A DNA stretch of 64,000 nt from an uncultured bacterium. GTDB lineage: Bacteria > Patescibacteriota > Saccharimonadia > Saccharimonadales > 2-12-FULL-41-12. Under the pieces are notes generated by a model. That model made no database searches. It had not been told where the DNA came from and was given only the letters and a program-made list of their open reading frames with translations. Location of the stretch: positions 469,523 to 533,522 of the forward strand of contig CAWIAU010000001.1 of NCBI GenBank assembly GCA_963834265.1, read 5' to 3'. Of the stretch, positions 9,697 through 19,928 are shown piece after piece. Numbering within the stretch: position 1 is the stretch's first letter; each line of letters begins with the position of its first letter. The position numbers and the translations under genes are program-made.

Positions 9697-10227
9697 ATGA
9701 TTCCTGCGAGAGGAGAAAGTTTTATGACAACAGATATGTTCGAGCGCATAGTTCCGGTAATGCAGTTAATCCCGCGCGATGCACATGCCGATCAGTCGCT
9801 GCGGGGCAAGCATGAACGCATACTGGACTCTTTACTGTGGAGAGTTGCCGAAAGCGGCCGAAGCCTTTTTTTTCATCGATGGTCTCTCAGTGACTACAAT
9901 CAGTATGTTGCCGATCTGCGGGTGTCCGATAACCTGAGGCCGGTTAGTGCGAGCCCGGAATTAACCGATGGCAGAGATGGGTGCCGGACTGAGGTAATTA
10001 CCGCCTCCAATATTACAGATGATGAGGCCCGTGAGCTGTGTTATGAAGTACGGGTTGGCTTTATTCAGGCAGTTAACTCAGAGTCAACCAGGGAAACCGG
10101 GTATGGATTTATAATAATGGATGCCTTAGCCACGGAGGCTCACTCTGATATTGAGCCGTCAGAAACTGATACTTCTCTATCCGGACCACAAAGTTTTAAT
10201 GTTCATATGGTTGTCGGCAAACGCTGA
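9697..10227 (+). CDS. Hypothetical orphan protein
   Basis: 176 aa ORF, TTGACA promoter upstream; probable start at the MTTD codon after AGGAG. Confidence 0.6.
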   Translation: MIPARGESFMTTDMFERIVPVMQLIPRDAHADQSLRGKHERILDSLLWRVAESGRSLFFHRWSLSDYNQYVADLRVSDNLRPVSASPELTDGRDGCRTEVITASNITDDEARELCYEVRVGFIQAVNSESTRETGYGFIIMDALATEAHSDIEPSETDTSLSGPQSFNVHMVVGKR

Positions 10228-10260
10228 TTCCGGTTAAGAATTACTATTTGGTTACAACCA

Positions 10261-10965
10261 TTACTTCTTTGGCTTATATATGGGAAAGTTTAACTGTATA
10301 TAATTCCCTGGTTTCGGTTCGTCTGAAGCATTTTTTGAGTTTAGGGAATAATTGCCGAATACGGTTCGGTGAAGTCGGATAATTTTATAGCCCAAAGATT
10401 CAAAAGTGCGGCGTATTTGCCGGTTTCGTCCTTCGCGCATCGTTACATGCCAGCTACGTCGCGTATTATCAATAGCCCGGAGCATAAGGCGACTTGGTCC
10501 GTCATCGAGGTCTATGCCTTTATCGCTGATTATCTGTTGATGTAACGGAGCTAAGGGGCTATCGAGTTCTACTTCATACATTTTAACTTTTTGATATCGG
10601 GGATGGGTAAGCATATTGGCAAGGTCTCCGTCATTTGTCAGCAGCAATAGTCCGCTGGAGTTTTTGTCCAGCCGTCCGACAGGATTCAGATAATGCAATT
10701 CTTCCGGGAGCAAATCATACACTGTTTTGTTTCCCTGCCCGGCTCTGGAGCACACATATCCGACCGGTTTATTGAGCATAACGGTGATGGTATTGATAAG
10801 GGGTGTAATAACACGACCGTCAAGAGTCACCTGATCGGTGTCTGAAACAAATTGTCCCTGAGATGGCAGTTGCCCGTTGACTGTAACTCTTCCTTTCACA
10901 ATAGCGGTATCGGCTGCCCTCCGGCTAAGGCCGCTTGAGCGGGCTATATATTGGTTCAAACGCAT
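10261..10965 (-). CDS. rRNA pseudouridine synthase, RsuA/RluB family
   Basis: S4 domain (MRLNQYIA..SRRAAD), NKPVG, GRLD, GLLLLTNDG, EGRNRQIRR. Confidence 0.95.
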   Translation of the reverse strand: MRLNQYIARSSGLSRRAADTAIVKGRVTVNGQLPSQGQFVSDTDQVTLDGRVITPLINTITVMLNKPVGYVCSRAGQGNKTVYDLLPEELHYLNPVGRLDKNSSGLLLLTNDGDLANMLTHPRYQKVKMYEVELDSPLAPLHQQIISDKGIDLDDGPSRLMLRAIDNTRRSWHVTMREGRNRQIRRTFESLGYKIIRLHRTVFGNYSLNSKNASDEPKPGNYIQLNFPIYKPKK

Positions 10966-11031
10966 AACTATAGTATAAAGTCCGTGACCTGAACATCAAA
11001 TATCGTTTGATAAATTGTTGCAAACTTCGTA

Positions 11032-12384
11032 TTAGAGAGAAATTTCGTCGTGTTTATCGTTCGCCGGCGTGGATCCGGCCTGAGGTGCGGGAGTAATATT
11101 GCTGCCTGCCGATGGATTGATGACAGCGGCTTTTTTTTCTTCTGCTGCCAGTAGTGCGTCAAAGTCAGGTTTTTTTGCCGGATCGTTGATCGGTTGGATG
11201 ACTTTTTTGTTACGGTTTGTGTTTTCCTGTTCTGCAGTACTGGGCGTGACAACCTGATCGAGTAAGGCAGTGTCTGTTTCAGCCGCCGAAGCCGATACTT
11301 CAGTTTTGGGCTCTTTTTCGGTTGGTTCTTCAGATGACAATGCTGTTTCGGGACCGGAATTGTTATCTGCGTCTGCTGCTATCAGAGCCTGTTCCAGAGT
11401 CAGACCGGCAGATGGCCGTGGTTCTTCAGCTTTGACTGATGTCTGATCAGTAGCAATAGCAGCCGGCTCAGGTGTTTCTACTATTTCATCGGGTGGAGTT
11501 GGCAGTACAACCCCGGCGGGGGTAGCGGAATCCGAAGTAACTGTGGAGGCAGGTGGCACGGAACTCTCAGTAGTAGTCGGGGGTGTTCTAAGCAATGACT
11601 CTACCGCTGCCAGTTCCGGAGACTTTATCGGCGGCTCTGAAGTTTCCGGAGTTCCGGCAATTGTTGTGTCGGCTTGTTCGACTGGTGCAGCCGGAGCAGC
11701 CACTGTTGTGGTGTCTTCGGATGAAGCCGGAGGAGATGTAGAGGGATCTGTCACAGGAGGCGTCGCCTGAACCGGAGGAGGATCTGCAGCTGATACCGCC
11801 GGAGTATCGACAGGCATAGCAGCAGGAGCTGCAACTGCCGGATCAGTAGCAGAAGGGGGCGGAGCGGTGACCGCAGGAGCGACATCCGGTACCGGAGAAG
11901 TAACAACCGTGGGTGCGGGAGTGGCCGGAGTGACCACAGGGCCCACGGTTGCCGGAGTAGTAATAGCAGGCGGCGCCGGAACTTCTGCGACTTTTTTATT
12001 ACTTTCCTCCTGGCTGTGGCCGTCCAGCACGTCGCGTACTACTTTGGCAACGTCTTCCAGGGTTACCTGGGATTTTACGAGATAACGATCCGCGCCTAGC
12101 TTATCGGCCCTGGCTTTGTCTTCTGCCTGAGACAATGCAGTCATCATAATAACTTTGGTATCTTTAGTTTCGGGTGCGTTGCGAAGGATATCCAGCATGT
12201 CAAATCCGCTGATACGCGGCATCATTACATCTGAAATTATCAGATCGGGCTTTTCTTTAACTGCCAGCGCCAGAGCTTCCTCGCCGTCTTTGGCGGCTAC
12301 AATTTCATGACCCTCTGCCTGCAGTCGGGTTCCGTAAATCTCGCGGAGATTATTATCATCCTCAACCAGCATTATCTTCGACAT
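11032..12384 (-). CDS. Response regulator receiver with a long Pro/Ala/Thr-rich tail
   Basis: LVEDD..DLIISDVMMP..G..K receiver motifs; low-complexity C-terminus. Confidence 0.9.
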   Translation of the reverse strand: MSKIMLVEDDNNLREIYGTRLQAEGHEIVAAKDGEEALALAVKEKPDLIISDVMMPRISGFDMLDILRNAPETKDTKVIMMTALSQAEDKARADKLGADRYLVKSQVTLEDVAKVVRDVLDGHSQEESNKKVAEVPAPPAITTPATVGPVVTPATPAPTVVTSPVPDVAPAVTAPPPSATDPAVAAPAAMPVDTPAVSAADPPPVQATPPVTDPSTSPPASSEDTTTVAAPAAPVEQADTTIAGTPETSEPPIKSPELAAVESLLRTPPTTTESSVPPASTVTSDSATPAGVVLPTPPDEIVETPEPAAIATDQTSVKAEEPRPSAGLTLEQALIAADADNNSGPETALSSEEPTEKEPKTEVSASAAETDTALLDQVVTPSTAEQENTNRNKKVIQPINDPAKKPDFDALLAAEEKKAAVINPSAGSNITPAPQAGSTPANDKHDEISL

Positions 12385-12444
12385 TCTAGTACTTCCTCAC
12401 AAAGGTTTGTTGGTTATGGTTATACACCGAAAAGTATAGCATAT

Positions 12445-13773
12445 TCATACCGAAATAGTCGTTTTTTCACTTAGCTGCATTTGAGCAGCCCTGCCGGCAC
12501 TGAGTCGAGGCAGATTAATGTAGAATGTACTGCCTTTTCCCAGCGTACTTTCAGCCCATATAGTGCCTCCGTATAATTCAACGATTTTACGGCAGATAAA
12601 CAATCCCAGACCGGTTCCGCCAATTGAACGGGTAGCTGAGTTGTCGACCCGATAAAACTTCTGGAACAAATGCGGCAGATCTTCAGCAGGAATACCCGGT
12701 CCGGTATCAGCAAGACGGACCTGGACTACTTCCTGATTGCCGGTAATAGCGAGAGAAAGTTTACCCCTCTCGGTGTATTTAACTGCATTATCAGAAAGAT
12801 TCGTTATAACCTCCCGGAATCGATCGGGATCTATGTGGGCATAGTAAATTGGTGCTACAGCTTTCATGCTGCTTCCCCCGGTGTCACTGGCATCTATAAT
12901 ATTTCCGTCGCCACCTGCAGGATGGGAATTAATGATATATTCCATTTCCAGGCCCTTTTTCTGAGCGCTGAATCGCAGATCTTCAGCAAGTTGCTCAAGG
13001 AAAGCTCCCATATCTGTAACGACCGGATGACTGGTCAGCCGACCATCCTCTGCCTTGGCGCTGGTAAGCAGATCCTGGAATAGCTGGCCTAAGTGCTGGG
13101 TGCTTGTATGTGCCTTCTCCAGAAATTCGCGGCCTTTAGCGTCAACGCTACTAACTTTGTCATTAAGTGCGAGTGCCAGATAGCCTTCAATGGCTGCCAC
13201 CGGCGTACGCATCTCGTGGCTGGCAGTACTAATGAAGTCTGCCCGGCGCTTTTCTTCGTCTTTTTCGCGGCTGACGTCACGGAATACCGCGATAGCACCT
13301 ATAAGTTCATTATTTTTCGGAATGATAACGGGTGAGACTACTAAGGATATAAATACTGCCCTGCCTTTGCGTGTCATCAGCTGGGATGTCTGGCTTATGC
13401 GCTCCCGGGTGGCAAGGACTTTAGTAAACGGATGATCTTCGTCTGATATCGCCACCGGTGTCTGCTCGTCTGTATTCAGCCTCAATACTGCCCGGGCATC
13501 CAGATTCACCGCTTCATCAGCCAGCCATTCGGTCATGTTTGACGCGGCAGTATTGACAATATTGATAGCACAGCCGGTATCGACAGCTATAATCCCATCT
13601 GTAATCGATTGGATAAGTATCTCAGATTGAGCTTCTTTACTGCGCAATGCACCGGTCAGTTGGTTGACCTGCTGTTGTCCTCTGGGCCTGCGATGCTTAG
13701 CCCACCAGAACCAGATAAAACCTGACATCGCCAGAAGTACAACGCCCGCTACAATAAGAAGTGGGATTATCAC
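12445..13773 (-). CDS. Membrane PAS sensor histidine kinase
   Basis: N-terminal TM, PAS-like region, SHEMRTP H-box, N/G1/F/G2 boxes. Confidence 0.95.
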   Translation of the reverse strand: MIIPLLIVAGVVLLAMSGFIWFWWAKHRRPRGQQQVNQLTGALRSKEAQSEILIQSITDGIIAVDTGCAINIVNTAASNMTEWLADEAVNLDARAVLRLNTDEQTPVAISDEDHPFTKVLATRERISQTSQLMTRKGRAVFISLVVSPVIIPKNNELIGAIAVFRDVSREKDEEKRRADFISTASHEMRTPVAAIEGYLALALNDKVSSVDAKGREFLEKAHTSTQHLGQLFQDLLTSAKAEDGRLTSHPVVTDMGAFLEQLAEDLRFSAQKKGLEMEYIINSHPAGGDGNIIDASDTGGSSMKAVAPIYYAHIDPDRFREVITNLSDNAVKYTERGKLSLAITGNQEVVQVRLADTGPGIPAEDLPHLFQKFYRVDNSATRSIGGTGLGLFICRKIVELYGGTIWAESTLGKGSTFYINLPRLSAGRAAQMQLSEKTTISV

Positions 13774-13902
13774 AACCGCACGCAGTTATTTATTAGCATA
13801 ATTACTTTTAAGTATACAACAGATGCGGAACATTTACCGACAGACGAATTAACTGCGTGCTTTCTGATTCTTATCTGTTATGATATGATTTCGAGGCTTA
13901 AG

Positions 13903-14016
13903 TTGGTCCCGTCGTCTAACGTGAGAAATGCCTGTGGCACTTCCCAAGGAAAGCTTCCGATGGCAACTTGTTGGCAATAGTGAAGTTTCGGGCCCGCGGA
14001 ACGAGGGTAGGACATC
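13903..14016 (+). repeat. Interrupted duplicate of the tRNA-Glu 5' portion
   Basis: ttggtcccgtcgtctaacg (13903-13921) is identical to 14082-14100; tRNA-like ggtaggaca resumes at ~14006 after a ~84 nt insert. Confidence 0.7.
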
Positions 14017-14083
14017 TTAAGCGTTTGGTGATTTGGGTATCATAGATACGCTAAAACTTTAAAATTCACGAAAGTTTAATTTT

Positions 14084-14158
14084 GGTCCCGTCGTCTAACG
14101 GTCAGGACACCAGGTTCTCATCCTGGCAATAGGGGTTCGATTCCCCTCGGGATCACCA
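14084..14158 (+). tRNA. tRNA-Glu (CTC)
   Basis: Cloverleaf; anticodon arm ccagg-ttCTCat-cctgg; T-loop gttcgattc; encoded CCA. Confidence 0.96.
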
Positions 14159-15779
14159 CAAGAGACTTTGCCTCGTGCAAGGTCTTTTTTGATGACGATA
14201 CTTCTTTGTCTAACAGATGTGCTTCACGAAAAACGTATCCAGTTTTTGTGGTTCCAAATTTCATGTCTGCAAATACGCTTACGCCATTAGGCAAAACCAT
14301 CTTTTGGAACCGTAATCTGTTGTCACCATCTGCAATGTTCCACATACGGGCAGCGTTGGCCATATAGTCGATAGCCATATCAATTACTTTGTTCACGTCT
14401 AGGAACTCCTGCTCAATCTCACTGAGTTCAATCTCCATACTGGTACGTTCTATGGCAATCTTGTCTTTTTGCTCCGCAAGTTCGATGTCGTTAATGGCAC
14501 CACGTCTACACATGTCTATATATTCAGACTTTTGTTTGTCGAGGTCTGTTATATTCTTCTGTGCCATCGTTCGTCTGGCAACAGTTTCTGCGTAGTCAGC
14601 ATTCCACTTGCGAAGGACTATCTCTCTAAAAAGAGAAAGAGAGGCTGGAGAGGGCTGTAAGCCCTCAATTAGCCTCTCGAATGCCTCGTGTAACTCCGTA
14701 CGAGCTAGCGTAAGGTGCTTGTACGTACCTTTCTGCTTTCCCGTACGTCGTACTACGCCTTTGCAGTGCGTACAGTGATAGTACTCGTAGGCACCACCTG
14801 AGCGTCCCTTAGAAAGGCTACCTGTAAGCGTATTACCGCAGTAGCCACATGTTAAAAACCGTCGTAATGTCCACCTGCTTCGATTTTCACCATACGTGTG
14901 TTTCGGTTGGTCGTTATCGCCACGTAGCCTTGATTGTATCTGCCAATACTCGTCGGCGGTGATGAGTGCATTGTGAAAATGTAATCCCACTTGCATGTCA
15001 TCAAGCCCTTTACCACTTACAAAACCCGCATATATGGGGTTTCTGAGCATTGAGTAGACTGTGCTTTGACCAACTGGCTTATCGTACATCTTGCTGTATT
15101 TGCGTTTGCCATTAACAAGGGTTAAGCCTTTTGCTTGTATCTTGTACTTGCTGGCTGCTAGCGTAGAGGCACTGTCATTCAATATCTTGCCTTTAGCGAA
15201 ATCCTTGAGAAAACGCTGGACGTGCTTTGCCATCTCATCAGGTTCAACCGTCGGACGCTTTAAGCTATCTTTGATGTTTCGGTACCCAATCGGTGCTTTA
15301 TGTACCCAGCCGCCTTCCTGTAGCCTTGCTTGCATCCCTTTCGATGAACGCTCAGAGCGAACAGCATTGTCAAACTCAGCAAACGAAGCCAAAATGTGCT
15401 CCATTAGCTTGCCAGACGGTGTGTCCTCGAGTAGCTCAGTAGCAGAGCACAGTCTTATGCCCAACTTCATGAATATATTTACCAGTGCTATGTGGTCCTC
15501 GGTTTTACGAGCGAGCCTATCCAGCTTCCACACAACGACGTACTTGATTTCACCCTTATGTTCCATGCAGTAGCTTATAAGCTCTTTGAGCTGAGTACGG
15601 TCGGCAGTTTTGGCACTTTCACCTTCTTCTATGAAAACCCTTTCAACTGTGGCGTTAAGGCTTTTGGCGACAAAGTCACGACAAGCCTTCTCTTGCATCT
15701 CAAGACTTTTGTTCATCTCGGCTTGCTCTACGGTTGATACTCGTGTGTAAATAACAGCTTTCATGCCTGTCTCCTCCAC
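14118..15779 (-). CDS. Large serine recombinase (integrase); 3' end runs antisense through the tRNA
   Basis: YTRVST catalytic motif, KLDRLAR, recombinase domain, CxxC zinc ribbon, coiled coil. Confidence 0.93.
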   Translation of the reverse strand: MEETGMKAVIYTRVSTVEQAEMNKSLEMQEKACRDFVAKSLNATVERVFIEEGESAKTADRTQLKELISYCMEHKGEIKYVVVWKLDRLARKTEDHIALVNIFMKLGIRLCSATELLEDTPSGKLMEHILASFAEFDNAVRSERSSKGMQARLQEGGWVHKAPIGYRNIKDSLKRPTVEPDEMAKHVQRFLKDFAKGKILNDSASTLAASKYKIQAKGLTLVNGKRKYSKMYDKPVGQSTVYSMLRNPIYAGFVSGKGLDDMQVGLHFHNALITADEYWQIQSRLRGDNDQPKHTYGENRSRWTLRRFLTCGYCGNTLTGSLSKGRSGGAYEYYHCTHCKGVVRRTGKQKGTYKHLTLARTELHEAFERLIEGLQPSPASLSLFREIVLRKWNADYAETVARRTMAQKNITDLDKQKSEYIDMCRRGAINDIELAEQKDKIAIERTSMEIELSEIEQEFLDVNKVIDMAIDYMANAARMWNIADGDNRLRFQKMVLPNGVSVFADMKFGTTKTGYVFREAHLLDKEVSSSKKTLHEAKSLVVIPRGIEPLLPG

Positions 15780-15806
15780 TTATTGTCGTTATTAAATTGT
15801 TAAAGT

Positions 15807-15992
15807 TCAACCAACCATCGTAGAGTTTGGAACCGATGGCTCCTTTTTGATGCTCTTGATGGTGATTTCCGCCATGAGTTCAAGCTCCAAGATTAGTGCC
15901 TCGACTTCGGCATCAGATAAGCTAGCATACTCTTTCCCAAGTAGTTTCCTAGCTTCCTTTGTTGATATTATTTGCTGTTGCTCGTCTAACAT
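15807..15992 (-). CDS. Small helical protein upstream of the recombinase (possible directionality factor)
   Basis: 61 aa ORF co-oriented and immediately upstream of the integrase. Confidence 0.55.
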   Translation of the reverse strand: MLDEQQQIISTKEARKLLGKEYASLSDAEVEALILELELMAEITIKSIKKEPSVPNSTMVG

Positions 15993-16833
15993 GACAAGAC
16001 GATGATAGGCTCATACGGCATTCCGTTCAGGCAGTCACGAGAAAAAGTACGAGACGTATGCGACACGACCTCGCCTAGCAATAGTTCAAATACGGTTTGT
16101 TACGGTTTGTCTCGGTCAATACCTAAAAGAATGTCAGCCATTTCAGTACTAACTCGTATGGGATTTATTAACTCTACTTCGTCTTTGCCAATACGCTTAA
16201 AAAATATATCTTTGAGCAGTTTACTAAAACCACACTGTCTCAAAGTCTCTGATATGTCATCTAGATCTTGCAAGCCGCGTCAACGTCTCTTTTGAGTTCC
16301 GCCAGCTTCACAAGAGAACCAGGACGATTGTTAATGATGTAGCTGGTCAGCAGGTCAGGTTGTAGCCCCGCTCTCAAACGTTTAATATGACGCTTTTTTT
16401 CACCAACTACCAACCATAAGTTAAGCCCATCTTTCATCAGGCGAACCTCAATATCCTTTTGATGACTGGCAGCAGCAGGTGTGGTACGGGGGCTTGAGCT
16501 TTCGTTCAAGTTCAGCGTAGATTACGTCAAACTTGTCTGAGAGCCTAAGCTCAACCGCATCTTCCATCATCGCATCATAATCAAAAATATCTGGGGCACG
16601 ACGTGGTATCGGGTCTACTTTAACAACGGTGAAGTCAAGGTCAAAATTAACAGGCACATTTGCTCTCACCGAATTGGCCATACGCCATATCATTTCGCGA
16701 GATATTGTTTGCGATACAGCACCAAGCGGTGTTTCACCATTATGCAGGATTAAACCGCTTAATTCTAATCGGTCCTTCTGGAGCTTCTACGTTTTCAATG
16801 ATGATTTTAGTGCGTGTTGCAGGGTTGATGTAG

Positions 16834-17142
16834 TTATACTGCCGATTTTTCGGCAACTGGGCTATCGCTGATACTAGGTCGGACGCTGTAATTTGCATAT
16901 TCGTTATTATTACTTTCTAAGAAGTATAATAGCGTATCTGCTATGCCTTTTGAAAGCACAAAGGGTACTCCGTTGCCAATCATTTTGAACTTTGCACTCA
17001 AGCTAACGGTTGGCGGCAGTTCAAACTCCTTTGGTAATGACTGGAGAGACATCGCTTCGGCAACACTTATCCGTCTTGGAAGATAGGGGTGCAGATGAAC
17101 CTCATTATTGCCATATGCACAGGGTGGGCGAATATCTCCATC
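16834..17142 (-). pseudogene. 3' fragment of a C5 cytosine DNA methyltransferase
   Basis: RWRYSPT/frameshift/AYGNNEVHLHP..RRISVAEAMSLQSLP..FKMIGNGVP = motifs IX-X; N-terminal catalytic part absent. Confidence 0.8.
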
Positions 17143-17940
17143 TATGTAAACTTGGAGACACGCAATAGGTCGGACTTATATGATTTAACCAGTGTAGTTA
17201 CAAAAGTATGCCGAAAACCATGAATAGTCTTTTCAATCTCAAGCTCTGTCAACAATTCTTTTACGACATACCGCAGTCCTCGTGTTGTTAATCGACTGCC
17301 TTTTGTTTTGCCCCAAAGTGATGTGAATAGGGGTAATGCTTCGTCTCGCACCTGTGAGCTGCGTAGATACGCCCTGATGGCTTTGGTCGCCCTCGGGGTG
17401 GAGACAGATGTATTGTTTGCTGTCTCTGCCTTTTCCTAGCACTTGAACACGACCAGAAGCTAGGTCAACATCACCGATGTCCAACCGTACTATTTCTATT
17501 TGCCGAAGCCCTTGATACAGCAGCAATGCTACCACTGCCCGTAAGCGTAGTATCTTGAAACTGTCTGATTGCTCACGAAGGTGCTGACATACCATCTCCG
17601 CTTCCTGCTCCGTCAGACCCTCAACTTTGTGTTGAAGTGTTTGCTGGAACGACTTGACACCCAAGCTCAGGTCAATCGAGATTGCTCCACGCCTATACAG
17701 TTCCTTGAGTGCTATACGGGCAACTGCTAAGTATTTATTCTTGGCGGCAATACCGAAATCTGTTCGGCTACGCAGATATTTCTTATACTCCAGCAATGAA
17801 TTACGGTTGATGCCGTTACGGTGGAGAAAACCCGCAAATTGTGGCAGCCGTGCCAAGTAATCCTGCTTAGTGCTTTCGGCTATGTCCATATCATCAAACA
17901 GTGTCGGTGTGCCAATAACAGATAGAAAATTACTCATCAC
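17142..17940 (-). pseudogene. Tyrosine recombinase, frameshifted and truncated
   Basis: GLRQIEI, GKG, HGFRH motifs split over two frames; the C-terminal His/Tyr box is replaced by the MTase fragment. Confidence 0.85.
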
Positions 17941-18533
17941 TTGCTCCTTTCAACTGACGGAGCTTGGCAACATACCTATCATCGCCACTATCGGGTTCAA
18001 CCTTGCTGTATTCATCGAACCAGAGCTTATGGCGAAAGTCTATCTCGTCCTGTGTGCCATCTTGCCAGTTTCCAAGCATCTTACGACCTCGCTTTGTATG
18101 AAAATCTAAGCTGAACTCGGGGATTTGCAGCAACTTACCACCAGTGTGTTCGGTGCGTATCAGGTTTACTAAGCTATCGGCTTCACGGGTCTTAATCGCC
18201 CTGCACAGGTAAATGATTGCCTGAAACAGGAACACCAGAGCATCGTTTTTCTTTCGATTTATGCCTGTGATTGCAATCTGGTAGTTACTCAGTAGAGAGC
18301 TAACCAGTATTGCGGCATCTGGCGTTGCATTGCCTATGTCCTCACTTGCGATTATTAGCACCCGTTTCCATACGTATTTGTGATAGCCGCTTTCGTGAAT
18401 TATAAGATGCCCAGTAACAGGCTTCGTACTCTAGATTACGTCTGATACATTTCTGCAAGGCACTCGCTACTTCGTCGAACGTATAGTCGTTAATTAGTTT
18501 AATTTCATAGGGTTTTGATGATGCTGTTGCCAT
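17930..18533 (-). pseudogene. MgsA/RarA C-terminal-like protein, frameshifted
   Basis: SALQKCIRR and IIASEDIG motifs in different frames; D-x-HTKRGR. Confidence 0.7.
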
Positions 18534-18616
18534 TTACTTGTCTCCTTTGGCTCAAGCTCATCTTCGCAGGTAAAAACAGGGGTGACAACCGCTATTTTTG
18601 TGAAGTTTTGTGAATA

Positions 18617-19112
18617 TTAAGGTACTGGCTGTTCGGGAGCTTTTGATTGCTGACTTTGCTCTTGTTGCTTCTGACGTTCATAACGCATAATCGTCAGTTT
18701 CTCCATAGACTTGACAGCTTTATCCAGTTGCTCACGTTCTTCATCTGACAATGGCTTTGTCTCGTCTTCTATTACGTGAGTAAAAGCTTTCGGTTCAGCC
18801 CAGCCATATATAACTTGAAACAGTAGCTTCTGAGCGACCAAACGAGCCTTTAAGGGCAGAATTGACCACCGCCATTGTGATAACGTCAGTGTGAACTGCC
18901 AATCTGGCACGGTCTCGCTCAAACAGCTTTTCAAAGTCCATCTCTTGGAAATGTTTATTTACTGTCTCACGGCTAATACCAGTGAGCTTGGCAATCTCGT
19001 CTTGAGTTGGGGACTTTTGAGAAGTCTTATAGTGCGTCAGGATTGCGTTACTAATCCTGCGGTGGTTATCTTCCCAGTCGAGCCTTTTGTCTTTTGGAGA
19101 GTTTTGAGACAT
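18617..19112 (-). pseudogene. HTH DNA-binding protein, frameshifted
   Basis: PTQDEIAKLTGISRETVNKH helix-turn-helix; continues in another frame near 18840. Confidence 0.6.
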
Positions 19113-19229
19113 CAACAACCCTTTAGTTAATTGGTATTGTCTTGTCTCCGTTAGATATATTTTACCATAACCACATCTGTTAATATACCTATTTGTTATA
19201 GTTTCAGCACCAGTTAAGAGGAGTAGGAT

Positions 19230-19430
19230 ATGGACATAAAACCTGCTGATATTGCAGATATGCAAAAGCTATATAAAAAACACTTCGGCATTGAGTTAGA
19301 CTACGATACTGCCTACCGTAAACTAACGATGCTCGTGCGACAAATGGAGTTAGTCTATCAACCAATAACCAAAAAACAAGCTGATGCAATTCACGGTAGT
19401 GATGAGGAAGCAAAAAAGCATAAGGATTAA
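19230..19430 (+). CDS. Small hypothetical protein
   Basis: 66 aa ORF with GAGGAG RBS. Confidence 0.55.
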   Translation: MDIKPADIADMQKLYKKHFGIELDYDTAYRKLTMLVRQMELVYQPITKKQADAIHGSDEEAKKHKD

Positions 19431-19458
19431 CAGGGGTAGAAATGATATAATAAGGAGT

Positions 19459-19924
19459 ATGAACTTTGAATTACTAGGCTGGTTGGTAGCGGCGGGAACA
19501 CTGGCTTTTACCGTTTATACCCATTTCGATAAGAAAAAGAGCCAAAAGGTTAAATTAAAAGTCACGTTTCAGAATGGAATGCTGACATTTCACGGTGGCG
19601 AGCTGAGCGAGGCGATGTTGTTTATCAAAAGCTGCGAACATTGGAAATAAAGCAGTTACTATCAATACACCCCATATAAATGTAAAACACAACGACGGCG
19701 GTTCACTATTTACCGAGTTCGGTTCGTACCAACGATTACCGTACGTACTCGAGCCAGGAGACAGTGTGGTTGCGTGGCACGAGATAAAGCCAATTGCCCA
19801 AGCTCTAAAAGGGCACGGGCTAACGGGCAAGATTAAATTAGAAGGCTATTTTACTAGCCAAGTCGGTGATGAGTATAAAGCTAAAGCCTACACCCTGGAC
19901 GTAGACGACTGGTCTAAGGATTAA
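19459..19924 (+). pseudogene. Membrane-anchored hypothetical protein with one frameshift
   Basis: AAGGAG-ATG at 19459, N-terminal TM; removing one A near 19630 gives a continuous frame to 19924. Confidence 0.55.
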
Positions 19925-19928
19925 CACT

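Noticed and set aside
13905-14080. Intron-containing second tRNA-Glu
   Set aside because: No anticodon arm, T-arm or acceptor 3' strand follows the resumed D-stem, and the insert is too short and lacks group I core motifs.
16002-16871. Several short overlapping ORFs in the island
   Set aside because: Probably fragments of one frameshifted minus-strand gene; no motif allows a confident call.
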